A stretch of DNA of 63,944 nt, filler included, from Octopus bimaculoides (taxonomy: Eukaryota): assembly GCF_001194135.2 (NCBI RefSeq). It is 11 parts of 9 records of this genome, joined end to end, with 100 filler letters (N's around TTAATTAATTAA, not from the genome) between each part and the next. Parts side by side here need not be neighbours in the genome. Positions count along the whole stretch, not along the records: positions 1 to 12,198 come from NC_068999.1; positions 12,299 to 17,520 come from NC_068988.1; positions 17,621 to 21,940 come from NC_068981.1; positions 22,041 to 29,113 come from NC_069007.1; 7 more parts are not named here. The stretch is one strand, 5' to 3'. Position 1 is the first letter of the stretch; each line of letters starts with the position of its first letter. A program made the position numbers and the translations under genes. The notes under the pieces were generated by a model that did no database searches, was not told the DNA's origin, and saw nothing but the letters and a program-made list of their open reading frames with translations. This document shows, piece by piece, positions 12,046 to 24,199 of the stretch.

Positions 12046-12198
12046 TTGATATTCTATATGTAAAACACATAAGCTAGTCAAATAGTTATATCTTCTCTGC
12101 ACATATATCTATCACTTTTTCTGCCATCGATCAACCTATCTGCCTATTTATATGTACCTCTTTATCTCTATTTCCATATATATATATATATATATATA

Positions 12199-12298
12199 NN
12201 NNNNNNNNNNNNNNNNNNNNNNNNNNNNNNNNNNNNNNNNNNTTAATTAATTAANNNNNNNNNNNNNNNNNNNNNNNNNNNNNNNNNNNNNNNNNNNN
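12199..12298. other. Assembly gap linker 44N-TTAATTAATTAA-44N (12-mers also at 17565, 21985, 29158, 35140, 47601, 50556, 58210, 60226, 62750)
   Basis: Identical 100-bp construct ten times; palindromic 12-mer with stops in all six frames. Confidence 0.95.
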
Positions 12299-12359
12299 AT
12301 ATATATATATATATAGCAAATGAAAGACAGAAGATGGAATATACGAGAATTTATTATTA

Positions 12360-12462
12360 ATCACAATTGTTTCAACACATCTATCATGGGTTCCTCTTGA
12401 GTGGGACACTCAACAATTGGTTCAGGAGCATCCGGTGGTGCAGATGTATCTCGTCGGGTGAT
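12360..12462 (-). ncRNA. Decayed hammerhead-like motif with a long helix II insertion, downstream of the Penelope ORF
   Basis: Minus: AUCAC-CCGACGA-GAUACAUCU[59 nt]AGAUGUGUU-GAAACAAUU-GUGAU; helix I 5 bp, helix II 9 bp, helix III irregular. Confidence 0.45.
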
Positions 12463-12789
12463 AAATAAATACAACTCGTTAAAATGACTGTTCTGTAATG
12501 TAACTTCCCGTTTTGTAGAGAGAAAAGCAGCCAGACGGAGGAAATATCTTCATTTATATAAGAAGATCAAAAATAAAACCACAGATGGCCAGAAGAGCGA
12601 GCACGCAATCCAGTGAGAAAAGTACTAGAAATAACCGTTAACAGATATGGATGTATAAACGCCCTCGGGCAAGCTGCATGGCGCGAGTACTCTCGCTCAT
12701 ACAAGCATCTGCAAAAATGTGAGCATACACACACGTGAGGTTTGGTGCATTCATGATCACAAAGCAAGTTACTTATCTACTTGGTGTTT

Positions 12790-13290
12790 ATAAGAATGAC
12801 GAGGTTAAAAGTAAACTTAAGTCTTCCATACCTTAAAGTAAATTAAGTTAACGGTTACTCAAAATTCATTCTCGTTAGTCCACAGAATAGACAGGGATTC
12901 CTCGGAGCAGAGACGGTGTTTCCTGGAAATTATATTGTATGGTTTCACATACCTTACTATGGACCACTTAATGCTCTACTTTAATTTATCCTCCTTCAGT
13001 CGCCATACAAAATCTGCCAAAGATGTTGAATGTCTCTCATTGATTGTCTTAAAGCTAGCAACATGGTTACGATAACGATTCTTAAATGAATCAGCCGTCT
13101 GCCTAATGTAAACCCAGGGTCCTCCCCTTGTGTGCACGGTACATTTACATACAAGATTTGTACTCATACAGAGATTCATCAAAGGACATTTTGATTTTTC
13201 TCCGCATGAGCATTTATCGTATTTACTTGTATATAAAGCTTTCCCGACTCCATTTACCGGCGTTGTTACCATGCTAACTGTATCATAAGC
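12790..13290 (-). mobile_element. Penelope-like element, GIY-YIG endonuclease C-terminal fragment
   Basis: CSCGEKSKCPLMNLCMSTNLVCKCTV..VYIRQTADSFKNRYRNHVASFK..HSTSLADFVWRLK..IKWSIVRYVKPY..RLCSEESLSIL matches the CxC..CPL..C / YIG / NH..SF / WSI / LC..E layout of PLE endonucleases. Confidence 0.8.
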
Positions 13291-13905
13291 ATTTCTACAA
13301 CCACAAATTGGTCGTAGTTAAATCGATAGATATTTATACACAGTTATTTATTGTTTGTTTATGTACTTATTTCTTTATATACGTCTTCATTTCCTTTATT
13401 TGTTTATTCTTCTTTATTTGTCAATACCTCCTCATTTGTTTACTTCTTTATTTACTTTATTTCTTTATTTATGTGTAACCCGTAATTGTCGTCATGGCAG
13501 CTACAACTCATCTTCCATTGCAAAGTGATCGCCATCAATGCTATCATGATTGGCCCGTTAACAAATATCACTCGACAGACTGCCAAGAAGTCATTTCCAA
13601 CATACTTCAATTTCTGGTCTACACACGTGTCGTGTTCTGTCTCTGCCTTTTGTATCATGAATACAGTTGTCTTTGCTCCTTAGAACTGATTGGTCTCAAT
13701 CCACCTCTATTTAGCAACTTGTCAATTATTTGTCTTTCTTATTGTGTCCAACCCCACCAAACCATGTACTAAATCCTATGTCCAGTTCTCCATTCGTAGT
13801 ATGTCACCCTTCTTACCCCCCTCCCAGCTCTCCATATATTTCCTTGTAGCCATCGGCATTAGTATCTGTTCAACAGGAACATTTATCATGTTGATTTCAC
13901 TGCCT

Positions 13906-14155
13906 TAGAAGTCCTCACGGGATCTCACTGACCTCGAAAAGTTTCACTAGATCTCAGTGATTTTGGAGTGTCTTACCGGACCTCACTAACTTCAGAGGGC
14001 CTCCTGGGATCTCACTGGTCTCAATGGGTTTCACAAAACCTCATTGGTTTCGGAGGGCCTCACGAGACGCCACGGGACGCCACAAAAGCTCACTGGTCTA
14101 GGACGATCTCACTGGTCTTGGAAAGCCTTGTGAAGTCCATGGGTACAGCATCTTG
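13906..14155. repeat. Cryptic ~10-bp-period minisatellite (GA[TC]CTCAC[TG]G-like)
   Basis: Recurrent CTCAC/TTCAC/CTCAT cores about every 10 or 20 bp. Confidence 0.6.
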
Positions 14156-14664
14156 AGACTAGAGCAATAAAAAGAACAGAAAATTATACACCATCATTAC
14201 CACCACCACCACCACTACCGCCGCCGCCGCCGCAACCACCGTCGCCGCCACCACCACCACCACCTCTACCACCACCACCACCACCACCACAATTACTGCT
14301 ATTACCACGATCACCATCATTGCGCCACCTTCACCACTACCACAACACAACCTTCCCTGATACCACAATCATTTCCACCACCAAAACCACCACCACCACC
14401 ACCACCACTACTCTCAATATCACCAAATACATTAAATACCATTGCTACTATCGGTAAGCCCACTATTACCATTAATATTAAAACCCATTACAATTACAAC
14501 CACTGTTACTACCTCTGCCGCCACCACCACTTATGAAAACACCACCTCCATCATCATCGTGTTCATAACTAATAATATTACGTACGTCTGCTGCCATGTA
14601 ACAGCAATTAAATACTAGGGAGTTTGGATTGAGTTTCAAAATAGACATATTTTACATGTGTTAC

Positions 14665-15287
14665 TGTAAAGTTTTAATGTTATAACGTCATGAGAGACAG
14701 GGGTGGATAGGAGAGCGATATATAAATGTGTAGCAAATGTATGTTCATAGATCACCCAACTAGGTTTAAATATTCAGAAAATGGCTAATGCGCAGATTTT
14801 CTACAATTGGTCATGTGATGGTGTAATACAATGACCGAGTCCGCAGTTGAGATTGGATACGTTAGTTATTCAATCGAATCACATCACAGACCAACTAAGC
14901 GCGGCAAAATAGTTTTGCTCTCTGGAGCTTTAAAGCACCTATAAATAAGAGAATCTTTCCTATTTTCACCAGTGAGGTGGGTATCTTCGGAGAGAGAGGT
15001 GAGTTGTTTTGCAGGTAGCTTCGACGCGCTACTTGTGTTCCTGTTACCATGCACCTACAAGGAGAGAGAATGAGCGACTGCAAGAAGTGATGCCACGTAT
15101 TTCTGTTCCCGTCTTCCAAGCACACATCAAGTTTCAACTGATTTGAGGAGCAAATAAGTATATTTTCTTCAGACAGTTATCATCATTATGTAACCAATCA
15201 GTTACTGTACAAATTCATTCAGCGGTTGAATAAAGCAGTGCAGTTAATTGCAACTCGTTTTCTTGTATTTCTTTTCACTGTTTTACA
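14665..15287 (+). mobile_element. Possible solo LTR
   Basis: TGTAAA...TTTACA termini, TATAAATA at 14940, AATAAA at 15229; no matching TSD found. Confidence 0.3.
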
Positions 15288-15993
15288 CACAACTCATTGG
15301 AATCAAGAACTTGTAATTATACCAGGGCCAGAGACACGCTAACAAATCCGTTAAAAATGAAAGACAATAAAATCAACAATTTTAAACCCGAAAGTGTTTA
15401 TTTGAAAATCTTAATTTATCGAATTTATGAAGAAAGGAGCTCTATCTGCACCATTTTTTCAGGCATAGAATATCTAGGACTACATTATCAAGTATGTGCT
15501 GCTATTTATATCAGGTCGAATGACTGCGGTGGATCCTATGGCAGATCGGAAACTTCAAGATGATAGTATTGTTTTATCAAAATGATTTACTTCGATGTGT
15601 CATTTCTCCAGCTGCAGTATCTCAGTCTTCGTATTTTTTCTGCTGAAAGTCTTTGGCTGAGCTATTGACAAATGCCTGTAGATCGGTGATTTCTTCGGAT
15701 AAATAATAGCAATTACACCATGCGAGGCAGATTCAGTGGCTTTCTCAATGCACCTGGATTTTGCTATAGTTGTAAGCTGGTTCATAAGAAGGGCATTCTG
15801 ATGTGATCTCTCATTGGGCAATTTTGGGCGGAATTTTGTTTTTCATTTCCGTTATTTCAGATCAATTATCGAACCTCTGCAACTGTGGGTGGCCGGTTTT
15901 TGCTCAGCAGTGATAATGGAAGAAGACACACAGGTCAGGTACTGAAAGGACCTATTTGGAAGTTTTGCCATTTCCCAGAGCTTATCTCTCATA

Positions 15994-16157
15994 CACTAGC
16001 GTAGCTGGAGTGTGTGCCGTCCGGGGAGGTACTTTCTTTTGCCGCTCCCTGACCCCACAAAAAACACATACTACTTACAGCAGACCCAAAAGTGGTGCTC
16101 CTTTAAAAGTGCCGCCTGGGGCAGACCGCCCTACGCCCCCGCTTAGCTACGCTAGTG
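15994..16157. mobile_element. hAT-superfamily MITE (164 bp)
   Basis: Perfect 13-bp TIRs CACTAGCGTAGCT / AGCTACGCTAGTG; perfect 8-bp TSD CTCTCATA (15986-15993 and 16158-16165). Confidence 0.9.
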
Positions 16158-17488
16158 CTCTCATAAAATCATAGTATATCTTTTTGGCCTGGGATCATTA
16201 AGAAGTTAGCAGTGCACTGAGGGCTGATCGGAAAAGTAAATAAAAATATATTATAAAATATATTTAATTGTTTAGATCCTTCAAGTAAGACATTAATTAT
16301 TTGGTTTCAATTTCCAGTTTGAAATTACTTCGTTTAAGTCACTATCATCCCTGCTTGAGCAGAACTTAAAAGCTTACATTTAAGACATCAACGTTCAGTT
16401 TCATTTCCGCACCTAATCTGCAGTGTCTCAGGGCCAGCGTTTCAGGGCCATGAGTGTGAATATGACTGTGTCTGTGTGTATGTGACTTTATGTGTGTATG
16501 TGTGTGTGTGAGAGAGAGAGAAGTGATAGGTTGTTATTTATCCCCATTTAAAGCCTTGTGACCATTCTGCCTACATTATTCATTGTCTTCTTTTCTTATT
16601 TAAGAAGTTTGGCAGCGACGTAAAACAAATTTGGCTGCTATTTCTAGTCGGTGCAGCGACCACATAAAAGTCGTACCAGATGTTATATCAGACGATCTTT
16701 CGTTCAATCAATAACTGTTGTCATGGCAACAGGTAGTCAGTTGGTGTTTTATATTTGATTAGACTGAGTCGGTTCACCGTCTTCAAGAAAATTGTCTTTC
16801 AAGAACGATGACAAATAACAACGACAGCAGCCATTGTACATCAAGACGATGACGACGACTACAACAACAACAGCAACAACAGCAACATGAATTTTCCGTT
16901 ATGTCAACGATGAAGAAAGAAATCGATATATAGATAAAAATCGAGCCATTTCAACAACGGAACGCGAGCTAGAAATTTTCATTTACATATCATTTACATG
17001 TCATTTACATGTCATTTACATGTCACTTCACCACAAGTTTGACACCCTTCACCCTCTAATTGTCTTTCTTTTGTTCTTACGAGAATTCTGCCAAAGTTTA
17101 ATAGACCCGTTGTTTCTGGCTGCCCAGTTTTAGCCAAAAGAGAATTTATAAACTGATATAACAAAGCTGGAGGTTTCATACGCTAACAACTGTATCAGGA
17201 TCTTTTTTAAAACGGGGGCCACATTTTTCATTAATGTTTTACGTAGTGTTTTTGGTACCGAAAGACTTTCAAACTTCGTATACTTATCTATTTTGTGTTA
17301 TAGAACAGAAAAATATTTTTGTATTCGAATTTATTTCATGTAAAAAATTGTCTTATTTCGATAATTCCAACCAATCACTGACAAGTATTCAGTTGTTTAC
17401 ATTTACTCCTTTGGCTCATTAAGCGATGTAAAGCGTATTTAATCTCCATACCTTCGTTTTATTTGCTTTTTTCATTTTAAATTTGCTT

Positions 17489-17520
17489 TAACCCTAACCC
17501 TAACCCTAACCCTAACCCTA
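17489..17520. repeat. Interstitial (TAACCC)n telomere-type repeat running into a gap
   Basis: 5.3 perfect TAACCC units. Confidence 0.9.
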
Positions 17521-17620
17521 NNNNNNNNNNNNNNNNNNNNNNNNNNNNNNNNNNNNNNNNNNNNTTAATTAATTAANNNNNNNNNNNNNNNNNNNNNNNN
17601 NNNNNNNNNNNNNNNNNNNN

Positions 17621-17657
<37 letters not shown>

Positions 17658-18093
17658 AAACTCACAAAATCTTGGTGAAAACTAGTTTTGAATTGTTTTA
17701 GATAATTAATACTGCAGCTATCAGTTTCACACAATACTATGCAAATGCTACATGTTTTTTCCATAACGAAATGAATGTCTACATAGACAAATTCGTTTCA
17801 TATGAGAAACTTTCTGCTTTGTGTTCTTACACAAAGTTGAAACTAGTTTCTCGATTCATATGGATTTACTAATATTACTTGAAATAAAATATACTATATA
17901 AACTATACTGCTCTGAAATTGATATGACAATAAAAGAGAAAAATTAGATTTCTCACCAAAGCGAAATTTTTGTAACCATGTCAGCAATTTTAATAAAATA
18001 TCACAACTAAGTAAAAACTAAGTACTTCTTTAGGTTTTTTAAGAACTGTTGAACCAGATGCATATTTCAATTTTGTAACTGTATCATCTTGGA

Positions 18094-18520
18094 TCGTGGA
18101 GGCGCAATGGCCCAGTGGTTAGGGCAACGGACTCGCGGTCAAAGGATCGTGGTTTCGATTCCCAGACCGGGCGTTGTGAGTGTTTATTGAGCGAAAACAC
18201 CTAAAGCTCCACGAGGCTCTGACAGGGGATGGTGGCGAACCCTGCTGTACTCTTTCACCACAACTTTCTCTCACTCTTACTTCCTGTTTCTGTTGTGCCT
18301 GTAATTCAAAGGGTCAGCCTTGTCATACTTTGTGTCACACTTTGTGTCACACTTTGTGTCACACTTTGTGTCACACTGAATATCCCCGAGAACTACGTTA
18401 AGGGCACACGTGTCTGTGGAGTGCTGAGCCACTTGCACGTTAATTTCACGAGCAGGCTGTTCCGTTGATCGGATCAACTGGAACCCTCGACGTCGTAAGC
18501 GATGGAGTGCCAACAACAAC
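18094..18520 (+). mobile_element. tRNA-derived SINE family B, full length with TSD
   Basis: A box TGGCCCAGTGG, B box GGTTTCGATTCCC, internal 12-bp TGTCACACTTTG repeats, (AAC)n tail, TSD ATCTTGGA (18086-18093 and 18521-18528). Confidence 0.9.
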
Positions 18521-20429
18521 ATCTTGGACCCTTCATGGTTTTGCTCTTCTGAATACTTTTTCATTTCTTATTTGAAAATCATGCAAAAGCTTCGGGAATT
18601 TTCTCAAGTTCCTTTGTGAAAAGTAACCAAGTCTTGCTATTTTCGCACTTTTCTTCCACAGCAGATTGACGAAATTTTTCAGAAGAGATGCCTTGCGCCG
18701 GACGAGTTATCTTGTATTTAATCTTGCCCCCCTTTTTTTTTATCTGAGTTCTTGGGCGGTCGACACAGGAAATCTATTGTCGGGGTTATATCCCGGTTTA
18801 ACATCAACGTCTGGTCCTTGGGTGTCTTCAGCGGAGTTCTCTCTCTCTATTGCAGGTATTTGGAACATGTCTTTAGTTGGAAAATAACTTTCATATTTAC
18901 CCCCGCAAGTTTCAGAGACCCCAGCAAAGATAAAGGGCTTGTGAGCACTGTATTTCGTTCTCTGACGAAACAATAACAAAAAGAACGCTGTGTATAGTTC
19001 ATGCGTAGGGAGGGTGTATTTGTTACGGATATGTATCTTTGAATGAGAATGTAAATATTTAATTAACACATGTACGTCTATAATGTGTATGAATTTGTAC
19101 ATAAATGTATGTATGAATGTTTATACGGTTACGTCTTTAAAAATAATGACTTGCTAATGATTACTAGAGAATCTTATATGGTAGAGTATATGGGCGTATT
19201 CTGCTGTTCTGAAGAAACTACTTTTGCAACCCATTTAACTAGACAATAGACATAGCAATAAACGAGAAAGACAAAATCTTAAAAATGTATAAACTGTAAA
19301 TGATATGCAGTTCTGGCTCATAAATACAGAACCAAGAATAATTTCTCAGATTGTTGGGCAGTGGGAAGAGAAGAGCATTCGCTAATGTAATCTTCATTCT
19401 CATCCGGTGTCACTTTCTTGACAAAGCAAAAGTTATATATACATAACAGACAATCATTCATTCATATTGCGGGGGTCTTTCAATGGGTTCATTGTTATAG
19501 TCAACTCAAATTGCTGGGACTTGAAATAGGACATTTATATATTCATTCGTGAAGCTTTATTTTATCAGACCAGATACCTTCATATTGTCCACGTGTAAGT
19601 TGTAATGGATTTTTCAATGCTGTTATTTAGGTTGTCCCACATTCTAGTGCTGCCTTTTTTTTATATGCGATATGAATTTTTACTGAGACTCCAGCACCGG
19701 TCTATCACAGGAACCATTCTCAGATCTCAGACCTATTTTACACACAGCTATCTTATACGAAGTACAATGAATGATATCAGTGATTGACACATACACACGC
19801 ACGCACGCACACACATACACACGCACGCACGCACACACGCACACAGAAATATACACATATAATTGAATGGCATTTGCGCGAGTTGTTCTCACATTTTCTT
19901 TCTATACTGATCTCCAAACATGAATGCATGCATACATATATGCATACATACATACATACATACATACATACATACATACATGCATACATGCATACATACA
20001 TGCATACATGCATACATACATGCATACATAGCATTATTGTTATTGACTAGATTCTAATGACAAAGCTTTATCAATTAGCTACAAACCTAACTATTGAAAG
20101 ATAGTAAATACTAACAAGAAAACGACATTATATGTGTGTGTTTGTGTGTATGGAATAACACACTACAAATTGAAGCCGTCAAAAATGTCACCCACGTTCT
20201 GGGGCGTCTCTCTAAACACACAGAATTAGTCCATTTTCCCTAGTGCACAACTGCCTGAACCACACTAATATATGAATTCTTAGTTATTGTTATTTCTTAT
20301 GATACCATTATATGCCAATTTTTCCGTCACCAACGTTAAGTTTCAAAGTGATTGTCTGTTGACCAAGTTACGTTATGAATTAAATAAAGTTTTAGATATG
20401 AGAGGAGTTTTTCTTCTTTCCTATTTAAA

Positions 20430-20630
20430 GCAATTTATTTAGCTCTTGTGAAAATTGATATAGTTCTAAACTCACCAGCAGTTAAGAAGAACTCAGATAT
20501 TAGCGAAGAAGTTCTGAAAGTTTCATTGCATTATATATTTGTTGTGTAATCTACTTTCCTTTAATTCAGCCATGTGACCAAGGTATCCTTAGAACATTGA
20601 AAACTAAATATAAAACCAATTTCTTGATGT
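20430..20630 (+). mobile_element. pogo/Tigger-type DDE transposase fragment, decayed
   Basis: IQPCDQGILRTLKTKYKTNFL (20564-20626) matches the QP.DQG motif of DDE_1 transposases. Confidence 0.55.
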
Positions 20631-20913
20631 CGTCGGTGATCAGAGGACGAGGAATCCTTCCAAAAGGCATATGAAGCATAGCACATATACAGACACACCA
20701 TTGCAAATGCATAGGATCACATACAGAAAGAAACCCTTGCGCAAAACTCTGGTCTGTGGTACGTTCAGGAAGATGATGATGGACAAAGTGATTGCGTATG
20801 TATGCGTAAAGGTCTTACAGTCCTTTTCGCATACATACTCATATACCCGTATACATAGACGTGAATGTGTGTGTGCGGGCTTGCGTGATTACAAACGTGA
20901 AGCGCGTATGTAG

Positions 20914-21220
20914 TTAGAGCAAGTGGCCGATTGTTCTTAAAATGTTCAGAAAATACAAGGCTGAAGTAAGTTGTTCATTTGTTATCAAATAGTTGTCATT
21001 CCTGACCAAGAACGTGTAATCAAATAATAAGCCTTCGAAGCGCCAAAGGTTTATTATAAGGTCACTGCGTACATTGTCGATTAGGGTCAGCTCAGTAGTC
21101 TTAGTTCCACTGAATATTTCTAACCAGACAAATTTGTTGGCACCTGTACCACTCCCAAGAGGCACGTACTGTGGTATATAATCAAATTTACGGAGAATTC
21201 CTTTGGGATACTTAAATACT
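20914..21220 (-). mobile_element. Probable decayed CR1-like LINE post-RT fragment
   Basis: Mixed frames give LYTTVR..WE.., LE.., PYNKPL.., VRND..LI, resembling LYTT.VRP.LEY / LE..Q / Y.ERL / RR.R.DLI; weak match. Confidence 0.3.
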
Positions 21221-21889
21221 TAAAATACGGTGTGATAAATAAAACACCGTGTGCCCAAGGTCTTCGATATGTATGGGAAGTGAGTAAATTATACTCCTCA
21301 AATAAACTGCTTGTTGCTTCATGCTTTTGCTTGACGGGGTTGGGGTCATCTCAGGGTAGTGGTCCCAGAGATGTCACTATGCATAGAGCCGACCAGGTCC
21401 ACCGATCCTTTCTATCGCTGGTGGTCTCGTGCCAGCCCCTCTGCATCCTCACATAAACTGGATATGAAATACAAGAACAATTTTCGCTTAAAAGAACACT
21501 TGTAAGACCTCTGAATGCATCAGTAGTTAAATTTTCCAGGTTCATATATCTACTGCATAGGTTACATATATCATACCATCACTTGATACGGCGTGGACTG
21601 ACATCCCAGTTGACAGGTCACTGATATTAAACAAAATGTTAAACACATCTGATGTGCAAATTAGTAGCCCCAGCTCTCTCTAGCTACTGGATTGGATTTC
21701 TTGAATACATAAATAGAATGGCTGCTTATTTCTTTAGTTTTGGTTAGAATGATGTAAATATCTCTGATGTGAATCCAACAAGGTTCTAGAATCGATTAAT
21801 GTTGTTCATCATATTTTTCAGTCTACAAAAGGCGGTTATATACATACATGCACACATACATACATACATACATACATACATACATGCAT

Positions 21890-21940
<51 letters not shown>

Positions 21941-22040
21941 NNNNNNNNNNNNNNNNNNNNNNNNNNNNNNNNNNNNNNNNNNNNTTAATTAATTAANNNN
22001 NNNNNNNNNNNNNNNNNNNNNNNNNNNNNNNNNNNNNNNN

Positions 22041-22086
<46 letters not shown>

Positions 22087-22115
22087 CATCATTATTATTA
22101 TTATTGTTATTATTA

Positions 22116-22162
<47 letters not shown>

Positions 22163-22472
22163 GCTAATATAATCATAATCTTCTTTCTCATACACTCATA
22201 GTTATCGTACCCCCCCCACCATCATCATCGTCGTCGTCATCATTATCATGATCATTAATACCATCATCTTCCTCCTCCTCATTATCATAATCATCATTAC
22301 CACCACCACAACAACCACAGCCACCACCATCATTATTACTACCCCCTATATGATCATTTTCGTCATCATCAGTAACATTGTTGTTATAGTTATTTCAGAC
22401 CATTAGTATCATCATCATCAACATCATCATCATCATCATCATCATCAACATCATCATCATCATCATCATCAA

Positions 22473-22555
<83 letters not shown>

Positions 22556-22604
22556 ACATCATCATCATCATCATCATCATCACCATCATCATCATCAGCA
22601 GCAG

Positions 22605-22639
<35 letters not shown>

Positions 22640-22714
22640 CCATCATCACCATCATCATCATTATCTCCAATATTGTCGGTATTAGTAGCAGCAGCAACCA
22701 TGTTTATATCATTA

Positions 22715-22751
<37 letters not shown>

Positions 22752-22770
22752 CATTATTATCATTATTATT
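22041..22770. repeat. (ATT)n and (CAT)n trinucleotide microsatellite block
   Basis: Direct observation; source of the poly-N/I/D/M ORFs. Confidence 0.95.
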
Positions 22771-23299
22771 GTTGTTGTTCTTCTTCTCCTTCTACTTCTT
22801 CTTATGCTACTAATATTCTTCAACCAATAATACCGTTATTGCTCTCTCACCACCCCCACAACCACTACTACTGCCACCGAATCACCTCCTTCAGCACTAC
22901 CATCACCACTAGCATCGACAATAACAAAATCTACTACAAGACCCGCACAACCTCCTTTACAACCGTCATAACCATCTCAAGTACAACGAAACAACAAACA
23001 TTATCAACAACGTAGTACCACAGGCACTACAACTACTACCACCACCAGTTTAGCACCAAAACAAACTGGCGCTCTGTCAGTTATGCCCACGAGGGTTCCA
23101 GTTGATCCAATCACATAAGCTTGATAGCAACCACATCACAACAACAACAACAATAACCACACCACATCAATAACAACCACAACACAACAATAACAACAAC
23201 TGCATTACAACGATATCAACAAGTACAGGACAAAAATAACAACCACAGCAAAGCAATAGCAAACACAACTCAATAATAGGAACAATTAAATTTACGGTA

Positions 23300-23634
23300 C
23301 GAAGGAGCACTCCGTCGCTTACGACGACGAGGGTCCCAGCTGATACGACCAACGGAACAGCCTGCTCGTGAAATTAACGTGCAAGTGGCTGAGCACTTCA
23401 CAGACACGTGTAACCCTTAACGTAGTTCTCGGGGTTATTCAGCGTGACACAGAGTGTGACAAGGCTGGCCCTTTGAAATAGAGGTACTACTCATTTTTTT
23501 TTGCCAGCTGAGTGGACTGATGCAACGTGAAATAAAGTGTCTTGCTCAAGGACACAACGCGTCGCTGGGAATTGAACTCACGACCTTATGACCGTGAGCC
23601 GAATGCCCTAACCACTAAGCCACGCGCCTTCACC
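23300..23634 (-). mobile_element. tRNA-derived CORE-type SINE family C, full length with TSD
   Basis: Head GAAGGCGCGTGGCTTAGTGGTTAGGG, B box GAGTTCAATTCC, CORE-like GTGTCCTTGAGCAAGACACTT..CTCAGCTGGCAAAAA; TSD TTACGGTA (23292-23299 and 23635-23642); 3' half shared with family B. Confidence 0.85.
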
Positions 23635-24199
23635 TTACGGTAACCATCATCACAACAATGCAAGCGGACATTTTTAATAACAACGACAATATCCAAAACG
23701 TGATCGAGAACAACAACAACAATCTCTACTATCACCACCACCACTACCATATCACTGTCGACCATCATCGCTACAACCACTTCCATAGCAACAACTACCT
23801 CTACTACAAAATTTGGTATCACTACGACCGCGTCCCAGACGAAAAACAATAACAGCAACGACAAAACCACCAAGTCTACAAATGGAATAACACCGTTAAC
23901 CACTACCACCAATACTACCACACTAAGAACAACAGCTACTACCACTACTGCAATAATCACCCAGCGTGAACAACGTCAACAACACTGCGATTGGTATCTT
24001 GAATAGGGGCAACTGTACTCAAAACAAAAGCATTAACGAAGCCACCACTACCACCACCATCATACCACCGATACTATGATACCTTTCTCTACCACTACTA
24101 CTACTACCACTACTGCTAATACTACTACCACCACCACCACCACTACTACTACTACTGCCTCAAAAATAATACCTACCACCGTTACTACTACCACTACCG

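Noticed and set aside
12243-12254. TTAATTAATTAA as a biological motif
   Set aside because: Always centred in identical N-padding; an assembly linker
13480-13910. LINE AP-endonuclease remnant on the minus strand
   Set aside because: Only vague resemblance (..DHFAM..) across multiple frameshifts; cannot be supported without a search
18094-18175. tRNA gene (also the heads at 23560-23634 and 34690-34762)
   Set aside because: A and B boxes run into SINE bodies with tails and TSDs; no acceptor-stem closure
19569-19594. 26-nt micro-exon (TTTTATCAG..GTAAGT)
   Set aside because: Splice-like motifs only; frequent by chance in AT-rich DNA
20914-21220. ~100-codon open frame as a host exon
   Set aside because: No recognisable domain; alternative frames fit a decayed CR1-like LINE; an ORF of this length is not rare in this much sequence
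21351-21545. LRR-like peptide NLENLTTDAFRGLTSVLLSEN
   Set aside because: Single imperfect repeat, no continuation or splice support, flanked by stops
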